Below, piece after piece: positions 31,094 to 40,646 of a DNA stretch of 64,000 nucleotides (the stretch's first letter is position 1; each line of letters begins with the position of its first letter). The stretch covers positions 864,001 to 928,000 of the forward strand of contig CAWAGQ010000004.1 of the NCBI GenBank assembly GCA_963781585.1, read 5' to 3'. The DNA is from an uncultured Gemmatimonadaceae bacterium. GTDB taxonomy: Bacteria; Gemmatimonadota; Gemmatimonadetes; Gemmatimonadales; Gemmatimonadaceae. A model generated the notes under the pieces. That model was not told where the DNA came from. It saw nothing but the letters and a program-made list of their open reading frames with translations, and did not search any database. The position numbers and the translations under genes were made by a program.

Positions 31094-34078
31094 TCAGGGT
31101 CGCGGCGTCGTTGTGCCCCGCGGATAGTCGCGGATCGGGTAGTCGATGTGCAGGTCGGGCTCTGCCTTGAGCGCGATATAGAAGTTGAAGGCGAAGTTGC
31201 CGTTGGGAGCGCGCGTGAACGAGAACGTGACGTCCCAGTCGTGCAGCTCCCGCTGCAGCGATACCACCTGGCTGGCGAACTGTCTGCGCTGGAAATCGTA
31301 GTTCGTGGCCCACTGGGCAGCCCAGTTCTCGGTGATATGAAAGCTCATCGTGGACTGCACATTTGACTGAGGCGGGGTCCGGAAGTACGTGCCTCCCAGC
31401 GTGGTCTGCTGATACAGATTTCCCGAGTTGGCGGTGCCGCTGTTCTGCCGCACGCAGGTATCGTAGGTGTAGAGATCAGCCTGGTACTGCTGGCAGACCG
31501 CCGTGGGATCGATGAACTCCGTGTTGGAGCCGGTGGCAGGACGCTGGCGCTGCGAGCTGTAGCTCAGATTCACCGTCCACCCCCGCCCCTTGGGAATGGT
31601 CATCGCGGCGCGGCGGACCCCGCCGGCGATGGGCTGTCCCGCAATGAACTGTGCGGGTGGGGTTGCCTGCTGGGTCTCCGCGGTCTGCTGGCCCGCCGAC
31701 GCGCCCGGCTCGCCGGAGCTCACCCCCAGCAGGCGCCCCAGCGCCCGGATGAGAGGGGAATCGGGACCCAGCGACAGACTGGCCCGAATGGTCTCGCGAT
31801 ACGGCTTGAAGACCGCCGAGTCGGACAGGGGATCGCCCTGAAAGAGCGAATAGCCGGTACCGAAATCGAATCCGGGGAGGAGGTCCGACCGAAGCGTCAG
31901 ATCCACGTTGCGGGTGGTGAGGCCCGTCTTGCCGGTCACGCGCGCACGCTCGAAGTCGTACGAGAGGGGCGACATGTCGACCGAGAGCAGCTTCACGTGC
32001 GCCGCCTGCTGCACGGCCGCCGTATCATTCGAGGGGCGGAGCTTTCCCTCGAAAAGCGTCGAAAGGTGCAAGGTCACGACGTCCTGCTTGTTCGCCCCCA
32101 GAAAGCCCACGCGGGTGTGCCCCACGGCAGCCAGGAAGTCGTCGCTGACCTGGACCTCGGGCGAATACGAGAAGCTGATTTGCGGTGCAATGGTGTGCCG
32201 GATCTGGCTCAGAGGTCCGAACCCCGGGAAGAAACGATAAAGCGTCGGGGAGATGCTGAGCTGGAACGCCGGGCGCAGCGGCTGCGAGATGAACCGGCTC
32301 CCGCTCAGATTGGTGCGCACGAGAAGACCGAACGCGCCGTCCACTTTCTGCACCTGTACTGACGGTACGAGATTCCAGCGACCCTGCGAGAGTCCGGGCA
32401 GGTTGAAGCTCGTCTGCCAGTCGATGTCGGTCCGGTAGGTGCGCTTGAAGATCCGGTCGACCGTCTTCGAGGTGTCGTTCACGTCCCTGATCGTGACCTT
32501 CGACGGAACGTTCACCGCGACATCGGTGACCCTGAACGAGTTGTGCCAGCTGAAGCCGAAGATCTCGAGCGGCGTGTCGAGCTGGACGGAGCTGTTGCGT
32601 TCGCTGTGGTCCAGCTTCACGCTGTCGACCGTGCCGTCCGGCAGCTGGATGTAACGAAATCCGTACTGCAACGCCTGATCGATGTGCAGACGCTGCTGGT
32701 TGGAGGTGGTGATCGCAGGCGTCCAGGTGAGCCATGCTCCCACGCGGATCGGCTGCGACGAGAGATTGAAGTTCGGGAAGTTGCGAAGGATTTCGCTGCG
32801 CCCCGGATACTGCGTCTGCGATCCCCCTATCGAGTACTTGAGCGGACCGCGACCGCTCTGGAAGTTGAGCTGCGAACTGATGTTCTGCAGTGCGGCGTAG
32901 GGATTGAGCGCCGTATTCCGCTGGATGGTGGTGTTGCTGACGTAGTTGAGGTTGGCCGTGAGGTGGGTGCGTTGGGAGAAGTCCTGGGTGTGCTGCCACG
33001 AATACTGTTCGTTCCGCGACCCGTCGCGCAGAAAGTGGTACCCCACGCCGAGCTGGCCCGAAATGAAGCGGTCGCGCCATCGGTAGCGCACCTGGCTGTT
33101 GAGGCGGAACCAACCGGGGTCGTTCAGCGGAGCGCGCGCGTTGCTCCGCCAGTCCATGGTGAACTGCGCATCGACGTAGTCGCTCAGCACGAAGTAGTAC
33201 CCGAAGTTCTCGATCGTGCGGCGATAGGTCGGGCTGTTGCGAATCAGCTCACTGAAACCGAACTGCGGCGGGATGATTCCGCTGCGGCGTCCGCTCCGCA
33301 TGTCCTGAAAGACGAACGGCAGCCACATCACGGGAATGTCGGCGATGTACAGAATCGCTGGCCGCGCCACCATCACATCCTTCGAGATCAGCTTGATCTC
33401 CTTCGCCGCGAAGTGGTAGTGCGGAATGGAGTCGTCACAGCTGGTGAGCGATCCGCCGACGGCGTAGAAGGCCGTTTCGCCGTTCGCGGTCGAGTCGCCC
33501 TTGAACGCGCCCACGTTGCCGTGCACGAACCAGTGCTGACCGCTCTCCATGCCGGTGGTCACCTCGCGCGCGATACCCTCTCTGGTCCGGATGTCGTAGC
33601 GAATCAGACGCTCGGCCACGATGTCGTCCTGCCCGCTGCCGGGGTTACGCAGCAGGAGCGTGTCGCCGCGTGCGATAACGACCTGGGTGGAGTCGTTGTA
33701 CTGCACGGTGTCGCCCATCAGGGTCATCGAGTCGCGTGACACGATCGACGGCTTGCCGACGATGAAGATCTGGCCCGAGTCGGCGTGAAACGTTACGGTC
33801 GAACCCTGGTAGCGCGTCACCGCGAACCCCTCGCGCTTGAGCAGCGCGCTCATCACCGAATCCTCGGGCTCCCAGGGGATGACCCGCTGCGCCCTGGTGC
33901 TGTCGCCACGCTGCCCAAGCGAGTCGCGACGAGCCAGCGAATCGGGACGCGGAATGGTGTCGCGGCGGGTGGCGCTGTCTGGCCGGGGAGGAGTCACCTG
34001 GGCGCCGAGCGCGCGACCCGACGCCACGAGCGCGACGGCTGCCAGCGCGAGGATGGCGAGCCGGGTTCCGGCGATCAC
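31094..34078 (-). CDS. lptD: putative LPS-assembly outer-membrane protein, LptD-like
   Basis: Signal peptide, N-terminal beta-rich region with TSCD..PHYHF..K, PVMWLPF, RRSGIIPP, then a long beta-barrel-like region with alternating aromatic residues. Confidence 0.75.
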   Translation of the reverse strand: MIAGTRLAILALAAVALVASGRALGAQVTPPRPDSATRRDTIPRPDSLARRDSLGQRGDSTRAQRVIPWEPEDSVMSALLKREGFAVTRYQGSTVTFHADSGQIFIVGKPSIVSRDSMTLMGDTVQYNDSTQVVIARGDTLLLRNPGSGQDDIVAERLIRYDIRTREGIAREVTTGMESGQHWFVHGNVGAFKGDSTANGETAFYAVGGSLTSCDDSIPHYHFAAKEIKLISKDVMVARPAILYIADIPVMWLPFVFQDMRSGRRSGIIPPQFGFSELIRNSPTYRRTIENFGYYFVLSDYVDAQFTMDWRSNARAPLNDPGWFRLNSQVRYRWRDRFISGQLGVGYHFLRDGSRNEQYSWQHTQDFSQRTHLTANLNYVSNTTIQRNTALNPYAALQNISSQLNFQSGRGPLKYSIGGSQTQYPGRSEILRNFPNFNLSSQPIRVGAWLTWTPAITTSNQQRLHIDQALQYGFRYIQLPDGTVDSVKLDHSERNSSVQLDTPLEIFGFSWHNSFRVTDVAVNVPSKVTIRDVNDTSKTVDRIFKRTYRTDIDWQTSFNLPGLSQGRWNLVPSVQVQKVDGAFGLLVRTNLSGSRFISQPLRPAFQLSISPTLYRFFPGFGPLSQIRHTIAPQISFSYSPEVQVSDDFLAAVGHTRVGFLGANKQDVVTLHLSTLFEGKLRPSNDTAAVQQAAHVKLLSVDMSPLSYDFERARVTGKTGLTTRNVDLTLRSDLLPGFDFGTGYSLFQGDPLSDSAVFKPYRETIRASLSLGPDSPLIRALGRLLGVSSGEPGASAGQQTAETQQATPPAQFIAGQPIAGGVRRAAMTIPKGRGWTVNLSYSSQRQRPATGSNTEFIDPTAVCQQYQADLYTYDTCVRQNSGTANSGNLYQQTTLGGTYFRTPPQSNVQSTMSFHITENWAAQWATNYDFQRRQFASQVVSLQRELHDWDVTFSFTRAPNGNFAFNFYIALKAEPDLHIDYPIRDYPRGTTTPRP

Positions 34079-34866
34079 GCGGGGGCCCCGGCCCCTTCCG
34101 CCTCGGCGGCCTCCTTCTCCTCGCGCTTCCGTTTCCAGCGGTGGATCATCGCCGAGGCGCCAACGCTCACCTCGTAGAGCATGTACAGCGGCACAGCCAG
34201 GGCGAACAGCGAGAACGGATCCTGTCCCGGCGTGATGAACGCCGCGGCCACCAGCGCGCCCACGATTGCGTACCGGCGGAAGCGGTTGAGCATCCTTGGA
34301 TTCACGAGACCCAGCCACGAGAGTCCGGCAATCGCGATCGGCAGCTCGAAGACCGCGCCCAGGGCGAGCGACATGCTCATCACGAAGCCCGTGTATTCCC
34401 GGAACGAGAACATCGGGTCCAGTGCCGCGGACTGGATACTGGTGAACACCTTGAGCGTGAGGGGAAGGATCAAGAACCACGACAGCGCAGTCCCCGCGAG
34501 AAAGAGCAGCGCGCCGCAGATCAGTACCGGAATCACGACGCGCTTCTCATGCTTGTACAGGGCTGGCGACAGGAAGCCCCACACGTGCCACCCGATAACC
34601 GGTGACGCGAGGATAGTTCCCAGGATGAGCGACGCCGTCATCAGAATGCGCAACGGGTCGGTGGGATTGGTGACGATCAGCCGACGGCCGGCCGGGAGAT
34701 ACGGGAGGACGGGCCGCTCGATGACGAGGAACAGATCGAACCGCGTGAGCAGGTAGAACGCCACGCCAACGCCGATGGCCACGGCCACGAGCGACCAGAT
34801 GATGCGCCACCGGAGCTCCTCGAGGTGATCGAGGAAGGGCATCTCCGTCTGACCGTCCCGCGACAT
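34075..34866 (-). CDS. tatC: twin-arginine translocase TatC
   Basis: MPFLDHLEELRWR, FLSPALYKHEKR, FELP, AAFITP..D, PLYMLYE. Confidence 0.96.
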   Translation of the reverse strand: MSRDGQTEMPFLDHLEELRWRIIWSLVAVAIGVGVAFYLLTRFDLFLVIERPVLPYLPAGRRLIVTNPTDPLRILMTASLILGTILASPVIGWHVWGFLSPALYKHEKRVVIPVLICGALLFLAGTALSWFLILPLTLKVFTSIQSAALDPMFSFREYTGFVMSMSLALGAVFELPIAIAGLSWLGLVNPRMLNRFRRYAIVGALVAAAFITPGQDPFSLFALAVPLYMLYEVSVGASAMIHRWKRKREEKEAAEAEGAGAPA

Positions 34867-34883
34867 ACGCCTCCCGCCCGCTG

Positions 34884-35681
34884 CTACGGCTTGCAGCTCC
34901 AGGTCTTTACCAGGTCGGCCTCGTCCGAGGTGGGATACTCCCGGGCAACCCGATCCATCACCGCGCGCGCCTCAGCGCACCGTCCACCACCCTCCAACAG
35001 CTTGCCAACCTTGTAGAGCGCCGTCGACGCCTTTGGCGACTGCGGGTATTTCTGTGCGACCTCACGATACGCGGAGTCCGCCGCCGCGGTGTTCCCTTCC
35101 TTGTTGAGCGTCTCGGCAATCCAGTATTGCGCCTCGGGCGCGAGTTCCGAGTTCGGCCAGGCCGCCACGAGCTGGCGAAACGCCTCTCGCGCCGTGGCGT
35201 AGCTCTCCTGACGCATCTGATCGTTGGCGAGCGTCCAGAGCTGATACGGTCCCGGCGGAGGAGCACCCGGGGTTGCGGCGGCGGTGGTGTCGCCGGGGGC
35301 GGGGGGCTGCGACGACATGATCTGCTGATTCCGGGTCTCTATCTCCGAGTGCAGGTCCTGCAGCCGGCGCTGGCTCTGGCCGGTGAGCTCCTGAATCTGC
35401 AGAAGCTGCTGCTCAACGGAGTACAGCTCCTGCCGGGAATCGCCCTGGAGTTTCACCAACCGGGCGCTCACATCGCGGACGGAATCCGAGAGCGTAGCGA
35501 AGGCGTCGCGCGCCGCCGTGATCATCGTCTCCAGTTGTCGCGCGCGCGCAGAGTCGGCGCGCGCGGCCTCGGCACGAAACGCCACCAGGTCGTCCTGCAG
35601 AACGCGGACGTCGCTCCGGGTGGCAAAGCAGCCCAGCCCGATCGTGGCAATGGCGATGGCGCCGAGGTCGCGAGTGCGCAT
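34884..35681 (-). CDS. cpoB: Tol-Pal system protein CpoB/YbgF (lipoprotein, coiled coil plus TPR)
   Basis: Lipobox GLGC, coiled coil, APEAQYWIAE and YPQSPKASTALYK TPRs. Follows pal. Confidence 0.85.
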   Translation of the reverse strand: MRTRDLGAIAIATIGLGCFATRSDVRVLQDDLVAFRAEAARADSARARQLETMITAARDAFATLSDSVRDVSARLVKLQGDSRQELYSVEQQLLQIQELTGQSQRRLQDLHSEIETRNQQIMSSQPPAPGDTTAAATPGAPPPGPYQLWTLANDQMRQESYATAREAFRQLVAAWPNSELAPEAQYWIAETLNKEGNTAAADSAYREVAQKYPQSPKASTALYKVGKLLEGGGRCAEARAVMDRVAREYPTSDEADLVKTWSCKP

Positions 35682-36284
35682 CTAGTTGAGCGAGGTGATG
35701 TTGTCCCCGCCGGCGATGATCTCGAACTCATCGCGACGGTTCTGGCGGTACGCGTCTTCGGTGCTACCCTGCACCGCAGGCCGCGCTTCGCCCCAACTCA
35801 CGATCTCGATCCGCGAGGGATCGATTCCCTGATCCGTAAGGTAGCGCTTGGCGGCGGCAGCTCGGCGCTGCCCGAGGGCGAGGTTATAGGCGTCGGAGCC
35901 GCGCTCATCGCAATGTCCCGAGATCCGGAGGCGAACCGCCGGATTCTTGCGCAAGATCGGGAGCTTGGCGTCGAGCGCGGAGCGCGAGGCGTCGGTGATG
36001 TTCGACATGTCGTAATCGAAGAAGATCTGGGCCTTCAACGTAGCTACCGCCGCCGCCCGCGCGCGTTCCGCGGCCGCGATGGAGTCGCGCCGGGCAGCCT
36101 CGGCCGCTGCACGACGCCGTGCCGCCTCGGCGGCCGCAATGCTGTCTTGACATGCCTGATTGCAGGTTTCGGTGGGCCGCGCAGCAGGTTCCGGGGGCGG
36201 AGCGACATCCTGCTTCTTGTGACAGGCAGCGAAGGCAGCGGCCGCAAGCATCGTCGGCACGATCACTCGGTGGATGCGGTTCAT
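35682..36284 (-). CDS. pal: peptidoglycan-associated lipoprotein (OmpA family)
   Basis: Lipobox FAAC, IFFDYD, GHCDERGSDAYNLALGQRRA, QNRR. Confidence 0.93.
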   Translation of the reverse strand: MNRIHRVIVPTMLAAAAFAACHKKQDVAPPPEPAARPTETCNQACQDSIAAAEAARRRAAAEAARRDSIAAAERARAAAVATLKAQIFFDYDMSNITDASRSALDAKLPILRKNPAVRLRISGHCDERGSDAYNLALGQRRAAAAKRYLTDQGIDPSRIEIVSWGEARPAVQGSTEDAYRQNRRDEFEIIAGGDNITSLN

Positions 36285-36314
36285 CGCGTTATCTCGTGGT
36301 GGGGGGTGACCAGT

Positions 36315-37640
36315 TTACCGGCTGCGAAGAGGAGACGACCACGCGCCGTACAGCGCTGCTCTGGACGCGTGCGTGAGTTGGCGAACTCGACCTGACTCCA
36401 TATCGACCACGAACAGCTGGCGTGCTCCCGTCCGGTCGGACGTGAACACGATGTGCCGGCTGTCCGGTGCAAACCATGGATTCTCGTTGATGCCCTCACT
36501 CGTCAGCTGGCGAACCGTCCGATCGAGGAGGCTGATGGTCATGACCTGGAACCTGCCCGCGAGCTGCGACTGAAACGCGATCAACCGCCCATCCGGCGAC
36601 CAGTTCGGGTCCGTTCTATAGGACTGGTCACCGACCATGTAGGTCAAGATCTGAGCGTTCGTCCCATCGGCGTCCGAAATATACACCTCCGGATGCCCAT
36701 TCCTATTCGAGGTGAAGGCGATGCGCCTGCCGTCCGGGCTGAAGGTCGGTGAGGTGTTGATGAAATCTCCACGGGACACGGTCACCTTGCGTGCCGGCTC
36801 GGACCCGAATGGATCGGTCGCATAGAGATCGATCCCGTTCTCGGCGCCGTGCGCATACATGATCGTGGAGCCGTCGGGCGAGAAGACCGGCGTGCTGTTC
36901 ATGTTGCCGGGCGGGGTCCGCAAGACACGTGTGGCCCCCCCCAGCTCCCTGATGATGACCCGCTGGCCCTCGTCCCCCATCGTGATGTACGCGATGTGCG
37001 TCGCTTTGGGAAACCACACCGGCGACATCGCATCCGGCGCAGGCACCAGGAGCTTCGGATTCGCGCCGTCGCTGTCGACCTGCCAGACCCGCCCAGGATT
37101 GCCGTCGGCGTAGAGAATCCGCGTCGCCGCGATGCCCGGCACGCCGGTGAGCCAGCCCTCCATCTCATCGGCGACGTTATGCAGCGAAAGCCGCCACTCG
37201 GGGGAGAGCCCTGCGCCGTCCAGCGGGAAATCCTTCACCCGCTCCACCTTCTGCTGGGCAACGTCGTGCACCGCCACGTGGATCCCGAACGCGGTCATGG
37301 TCGGTTGCACCACCGCTGCCGCGCCCAGCCGCGCGAACAGCGGGTAGTTGGCCGACGAGCGGGACCCATCTGCCGAGCTGTCGGTCCCGGCCGAATCCCA
37401 GGCGATCACGTTGATGCGATCGCCGAAGTCGAAATCCCGCTGCAGAATCGTGCGGATCGAATCACCGACCTCGCCGTTGACCGGGAGCACCACGACACCC
37501 GGTTTCGTGCCGGGGGCGTACTTCAGGGCGAGCCGAACACCGCGCGTGCTGTCCTGCGCCACCGCGGAGCCCGCCAAGCACGCGAGCGCCGCCGCGGCCG
37601 CGAGGTGAACAACACTTCTGCGGAACGGCGAACGGGACAT
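36315..37640 (-). CDS. tolB: Tol-Pal beta-propeller protein TolB
   Basis: Signal peptide, PD40 repeats (PVFSPDG, PTFSPDGRRIAFTS, PNWSPDG), position in the operon. Confidence 0.9.
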   Translation of the reverse strand: MSRSPFRRSVVHLAAAAALACLAGSAVAQDSTRGVRLALKYAPGTKPGVVVLPVNGEVGDSIRTILQRDFDFGDRINVIAWDSAGTDSSADGSRSSANYPLFARLGAAAVVQPTMTAFGIHVAVHDVAQQKVERVKDFPLDGAGLSPEWRLSLHNVADEMEGWLTGVPGIAATRILYADGNPGRVWQVDSDGANPKLLVPAPDAMSPVWFPKATHIAYITMGDEGQRVIIRELGGATRVLRTPPGNMNSTPVFSPDGSTIMYAHGAENGIDLYATDPFGSEPARKVTVSRGDFINTSPTFSPDGRRIAFTSNRNGHPEVYISDADGTNAQILTYMVGDQSYRTDPNWSPDGRLIAFQSQLAGRFQVMTISLLDRTVRQLTSEGINENPWFAPDSRHIVFTSDRTGARQLFVVDMESGRVRQLTHASRAALYGAWSSPLRSR

Positions 37641-38362
37641 TACCGGATCACTGTCGGGTCGAACGTGAAGATAACCGTCAACACGTCATCCGCCCAACCG
37701 TCGGGCAACGGGCCAAAGGCGAGCGATTTCCCTGCCTGCTCCACCGCGCCCATCGCGGCCAGATCGAACGCGGTTGAGCCCGAGCGACGATGCAACTGTA
37801 TTCCGGTGACGCTACCATCACGATGAATGAGAAAGACGAGCTCGGCGTGCAGCGCGCCGGCGTTGCGCGGCTTGAAGCGGAGTGCGATCTGGGTGACGAT
37901 GTTGTGGAGGTAGGTGGGGAACGGAAACGCCACGCCCTCGAGATCGACGTTGGCCACGTCGGCTCCCTTTCCACCTTCGGGACCGCCTCCCGCCTTGGGC
38001 GCGGCGTCATCGTGGCGCGCGGTGCGGGTGGTGGGGACGGGAGTCGCCTTGGCCGGTGCCTTACGAGTCGCGGGGGCCTTCCTGGGCGGTGGGGCAGTCT
38101 TCGGGAAGGACTCGGCGCGCTTGGGAGTGGCGTCGGGCGGTGCGGTGGGGGCCGGCGTCTCAGAGACCACGCCGACCGCGCGCGGTCCCGCCGGCGCCGC
38201 GACAAGCTGCACATGGTAGATGGGCGGGAGGGCCTCGTGTCCGGCCTGCGCAGCGAGCACCGCCAACACCACCAGCGATCCGTGCAGCAGTGCCGAGAGC
38301 GTGACCGGAAGCCCGAGGCGTGGAGCCCGGTCGCCCGGTCGCGCGGTGGTTGCGCTCCTCAT
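37640..38362 (-). CDS. TolA/TonB family energy transducer
   Basis: TM segment with SALLH, Pro/Ala/Lys linker, TonB_2-like C-terminus (SGSTAFDLAAMGAV). Confidence 0.82.
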   Translation of the reverse strand: MRSATTARPGDRAPRLGLPVTLSALLHGSLVVLAVLAAQAGHEALPPIYHVQLVAAPAGPRAVGVVSETPAPTAPPDATPKRAESFPKTAPPPRKAPATRKAPAKATPVPTTRTARHDDAAPKAGGGPEGGKGADVANVDLEGVAFPFPTYLHNIVTQIALRFKPRNAGALHAELVFLIHRDGSVTGIQLHRRSGSTAFDLAAMGAVEQAGKSLAFGPLPDGWADDVLTVIFTFDPTVIR

Positions 38363-38769
38363 CGTTCGCGAATCGGTTCCACCGCCATGCCGACGCCGGC
38401 GATTCCTGCCTTCATCATCACGCCGAGCACCCGTGCCACGGTGCCATAGTCGACGCTTTCGTCGGCCTGGAGGTAGACGCCCTGTTTGGCGCGCCCCTCG
38501 GCATAGGACTTGAGCGACGCATTGAACTCGGCGAACGTCATGCGAATGCCGTCCACTGCGATGCCGCGGTCGCGATCGATGGTGATCACCATGCCGCTCT
38601 TCTGTTCCAGCGGCCGCGCTTCGGCTTTCGGCAGCGTCACGTCGATTCCACCCTGCATCATGGGCGCGGTGATCATGAAGATCACCAGCAGGAGCATCAT
38701 CACGTCGATCAGGCTCACGACGTTGATCTCCGCGTTCAGTGGTACTCGCTCCCGCCGCCGACGTGCCAT
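38359..38769 (-). CDS. tolR: TolR/ExbD family protein
   Basis: AEINVVSLIDVMMLLLVIFMITAPMM, VTLP, ADESVDYG. Confidence 0.88.
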   Translation of the reverse strand: MARRRRERVPLNAEINVVSLIDVMMLLLVIFMITAPMMQGGIDVTLPKAEARPLEQKSGMVITIDRDRGIAVDGIRMTFAEFNASLKSYAEGRAKQGVYLQADESVDYGTVARVLGVMMKAGIAGVGMAVEPIRER

Positions 38770-38782
38770 GTCCGGGTCTCCG

Positions 38783-39505
38783 TCAGATGCGCTGCTCGCG
38801 CACCAGCAATGCCACGAGCTCGGAGCCGAAGCCATCCAGCTCGCCGTCGATCCGATTGAGCCGGGTGGCGAAGATGTTGTACGCGAACACCGCCGGGATC
38901 GCGACCGCCAGGGCCAGCGCCGTCGCCGTCAGCGCCTCGGCCACGCCGGGCGCGACCGCGCCGATATTCCCCGCGCCGCCCACCGCGATTCCGAGAAACG
39001 AGTGGATCACCCCGAGCACCGTGCCTAACAATCCGATCAGGGGGCTCACCGACCCGATGGTTCCGAGCCACGGCACGAAGTGCGCCAGTGCGTCGCGTTC
39101 GACCGCCATCTGCGAGTCCATGACTTCGCGAAGCGCCTCCACCTGGGCCGCGCTCAGGCGTGGCGTCCGCTCCGGAGTACCCACCAGCGCGGGCGTGGTT
39201 TCCGTGAGAAACAGCTGCGCGCGCTCGAAGACGCGCGTGAAGGGATTGGCCCGCCCCTTGGCGGCGAGACGCGCCACCTCAGCCAGGCTCTGTGCACGTT
39301 CGAACTGGCGCACGAACGACGCGCCGGTGCGCCGAACGCGCCGGTACTCGATCCACTTGGCGAACATGATGGTCCAGCTCACCAGCGACAGGAGTGCGAG
39401 CAGTGCAAGCACACCCTGGGTCACGGGGGTAGCCGAGGTAATCAGTTCGAGCGGCGTGGACGGAATCGCGCCGCTGACCTGTGCAAGGAGGGGAAACGGC
39501 ATCAC
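38783..39505 (-). CDS. tolQ: TolQ/ExbB/MotA proton channel
   Basis: LGTIGSVSPLIGLLGTVLGVI, VAPGVAEALTATA, AVAIPAV. Confidence 0.88.
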   Translation of the reverse strand: MMPFPLLAQVSGAIPSTPLELITSATPVTQGVLALLALLSLVSWTIMFAKWIEYRRVRRTGASFVRQFERAQSLAEVARLAAKGRANPFTRVFERAQLFLTETTPALVGTPERTPRLSAAQVEALREVMDSQMAVERDALAHFVPWLGTIGSVSPLIGLLGTVLGVIHSFLGIAVGGAGNIGAVAPGVAEALTATALALAVAIPAVFAYNIFATRLNRIDGELDGFGSELVALLVREQRI

Positions 39506-40467
39506 GGCATCTCCAGCTTCGTGCGCGACGCGAACCAGGCAAAGGTGTCCCGCAGGCCAGTCTCGAGCCCGACGAGCGGGCGCCAGCCCAGTTCACGCGC
39601 CGCCTTCTCCACCGTCACCGCGGATCGCTGCTGTTCCCCCGCTCGAGGTGGCGCATGCAGAACCGGGACCTCTGAACCGGCCACCCGTTGCAGGGCCCGC
39701 GCGAGGTCGATGACCGACGTCTCGGTCGCGGTGCCGATGTTGTAGGCGCGGACGTCCAGCCGGCCGCGGGACCGCAGCGTGGCCCGGGCGGCCGCCAGAT
39801 TGGCTCGCGCCACGTCACCGACGTACACGTAATCGCGCGTCTGAAGGCCTTCGCCGAACAGGGTCAGCGGCTGGCCGCTGAGGATCCGATCGCAGAAGAT
39901 GGCGACCACGCCGGCTTCGCCATGGGGATTCTGCCGGGGCCCATAGACGTTCGAGTACCGCAGGATGACACTCTCCACTCCGTGAACCCGACCGTAGTAG
40001 GCGAGGTAGTACTCCACGCTCAGTTTCGCGATGCCGTACGGCGATTCCGGATCCTTGGGCATGTCCTCCACCGACGGAACGGGAACGAAGTCCCCGTAGA
40101 TGGCGCCACCGGTGGACGAAAAGACGACGCGGGTCGGGAAACCGCTCGCGCGCACGGCCTCCAGCAGGTTCAATGCACCGACGATGTTGATCGCGGCATC
40201 CGCGGCGGGATCGCTCACGCTCTTGCGGACATCGATCTGGGCAGCGAGATGGCAGACGAGGTCGAACCGGCCTTCGCGCACCAGGCGGGCCGCGTCCGGA
40301 GCCCGCAGGTCGACCTGATGGAAGCGTGCCCGTTCCGGCAGATTGGCGCGGTTGCCGGAGGACAAGTCGTCGACGATCTCGACCACCATCCCTTCGGCGA
40401 GCAACAGGTCGGCCACGTGCGAGCCGATGAATCCCGCGCCGCCGGTCACGAGGGCGCGTCCGCTCAT
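39502..40467 (-). CDS. NAD-dependent epimerase/dehydratase (UDP-glucose 4-epimerase-like)
   Basis: TGGAGFIGSH, HLAAQIDVRKS, STGGAIYG, YGIAK, NVYGPRQ. Confidence 0.92.
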   Translation of the reverse strand: MSGRALVTGGAGFIGSHVADLLLAEGMVVEIVDDLSSGNRANLPERARFHQVDLRAPDAARLVREGRFDLVCHLAAQIDVRKSVSDPAADAAINIVGALNLLEAVRASGFPTRVVFSSTGGAIYGDFVPVPSVEDMPKDPESPYGIAKLSVEYYLAYYGRVHGVESVILRYSNVYGPRQNPHGEAGVVAIFCDRILSGQPLTLFGEGLQTRDYVYVGDVARANLAAARATLRSRGRLDVRAYNIGTATETSVIDLARALQRVAGSEVPVLHAPPRAGEQQRSAVTVEKAARELGWRPLVGLETGLRDTFAWFASRTKLEMP

Positions 40468-40534
40468 GCGGGCGCGACAGGTGTGCTGGATGCAGCCGTC
40501 ATCGAGACGCTCCCGCGTCGGGTGTTGGTGACGC

Positions 40535-40590
40535 CGCAGACGAAACCGGCGCCGGGGTGTGTGGCCCCAGCGCCGGGTTCCGTCACTGCG
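40535..40590 (-). other. GC-rich stem-loop in the 180-bp gap upstream of the epimerase/tol-pal genes
   Basis: GACGGAACCCGGCGCUGGGG / CCCCGGCGCCGGUUUCGUC, with G-U pairs on the minus strand. No U-tract follows. Confidence 0.5.
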
Positions 40591-40646
40591 AGTTCACTGA
40601 GAGCGCGCGTGGGCAGTGGTCGCCAATCTAACGACTGTCGCTCGCG

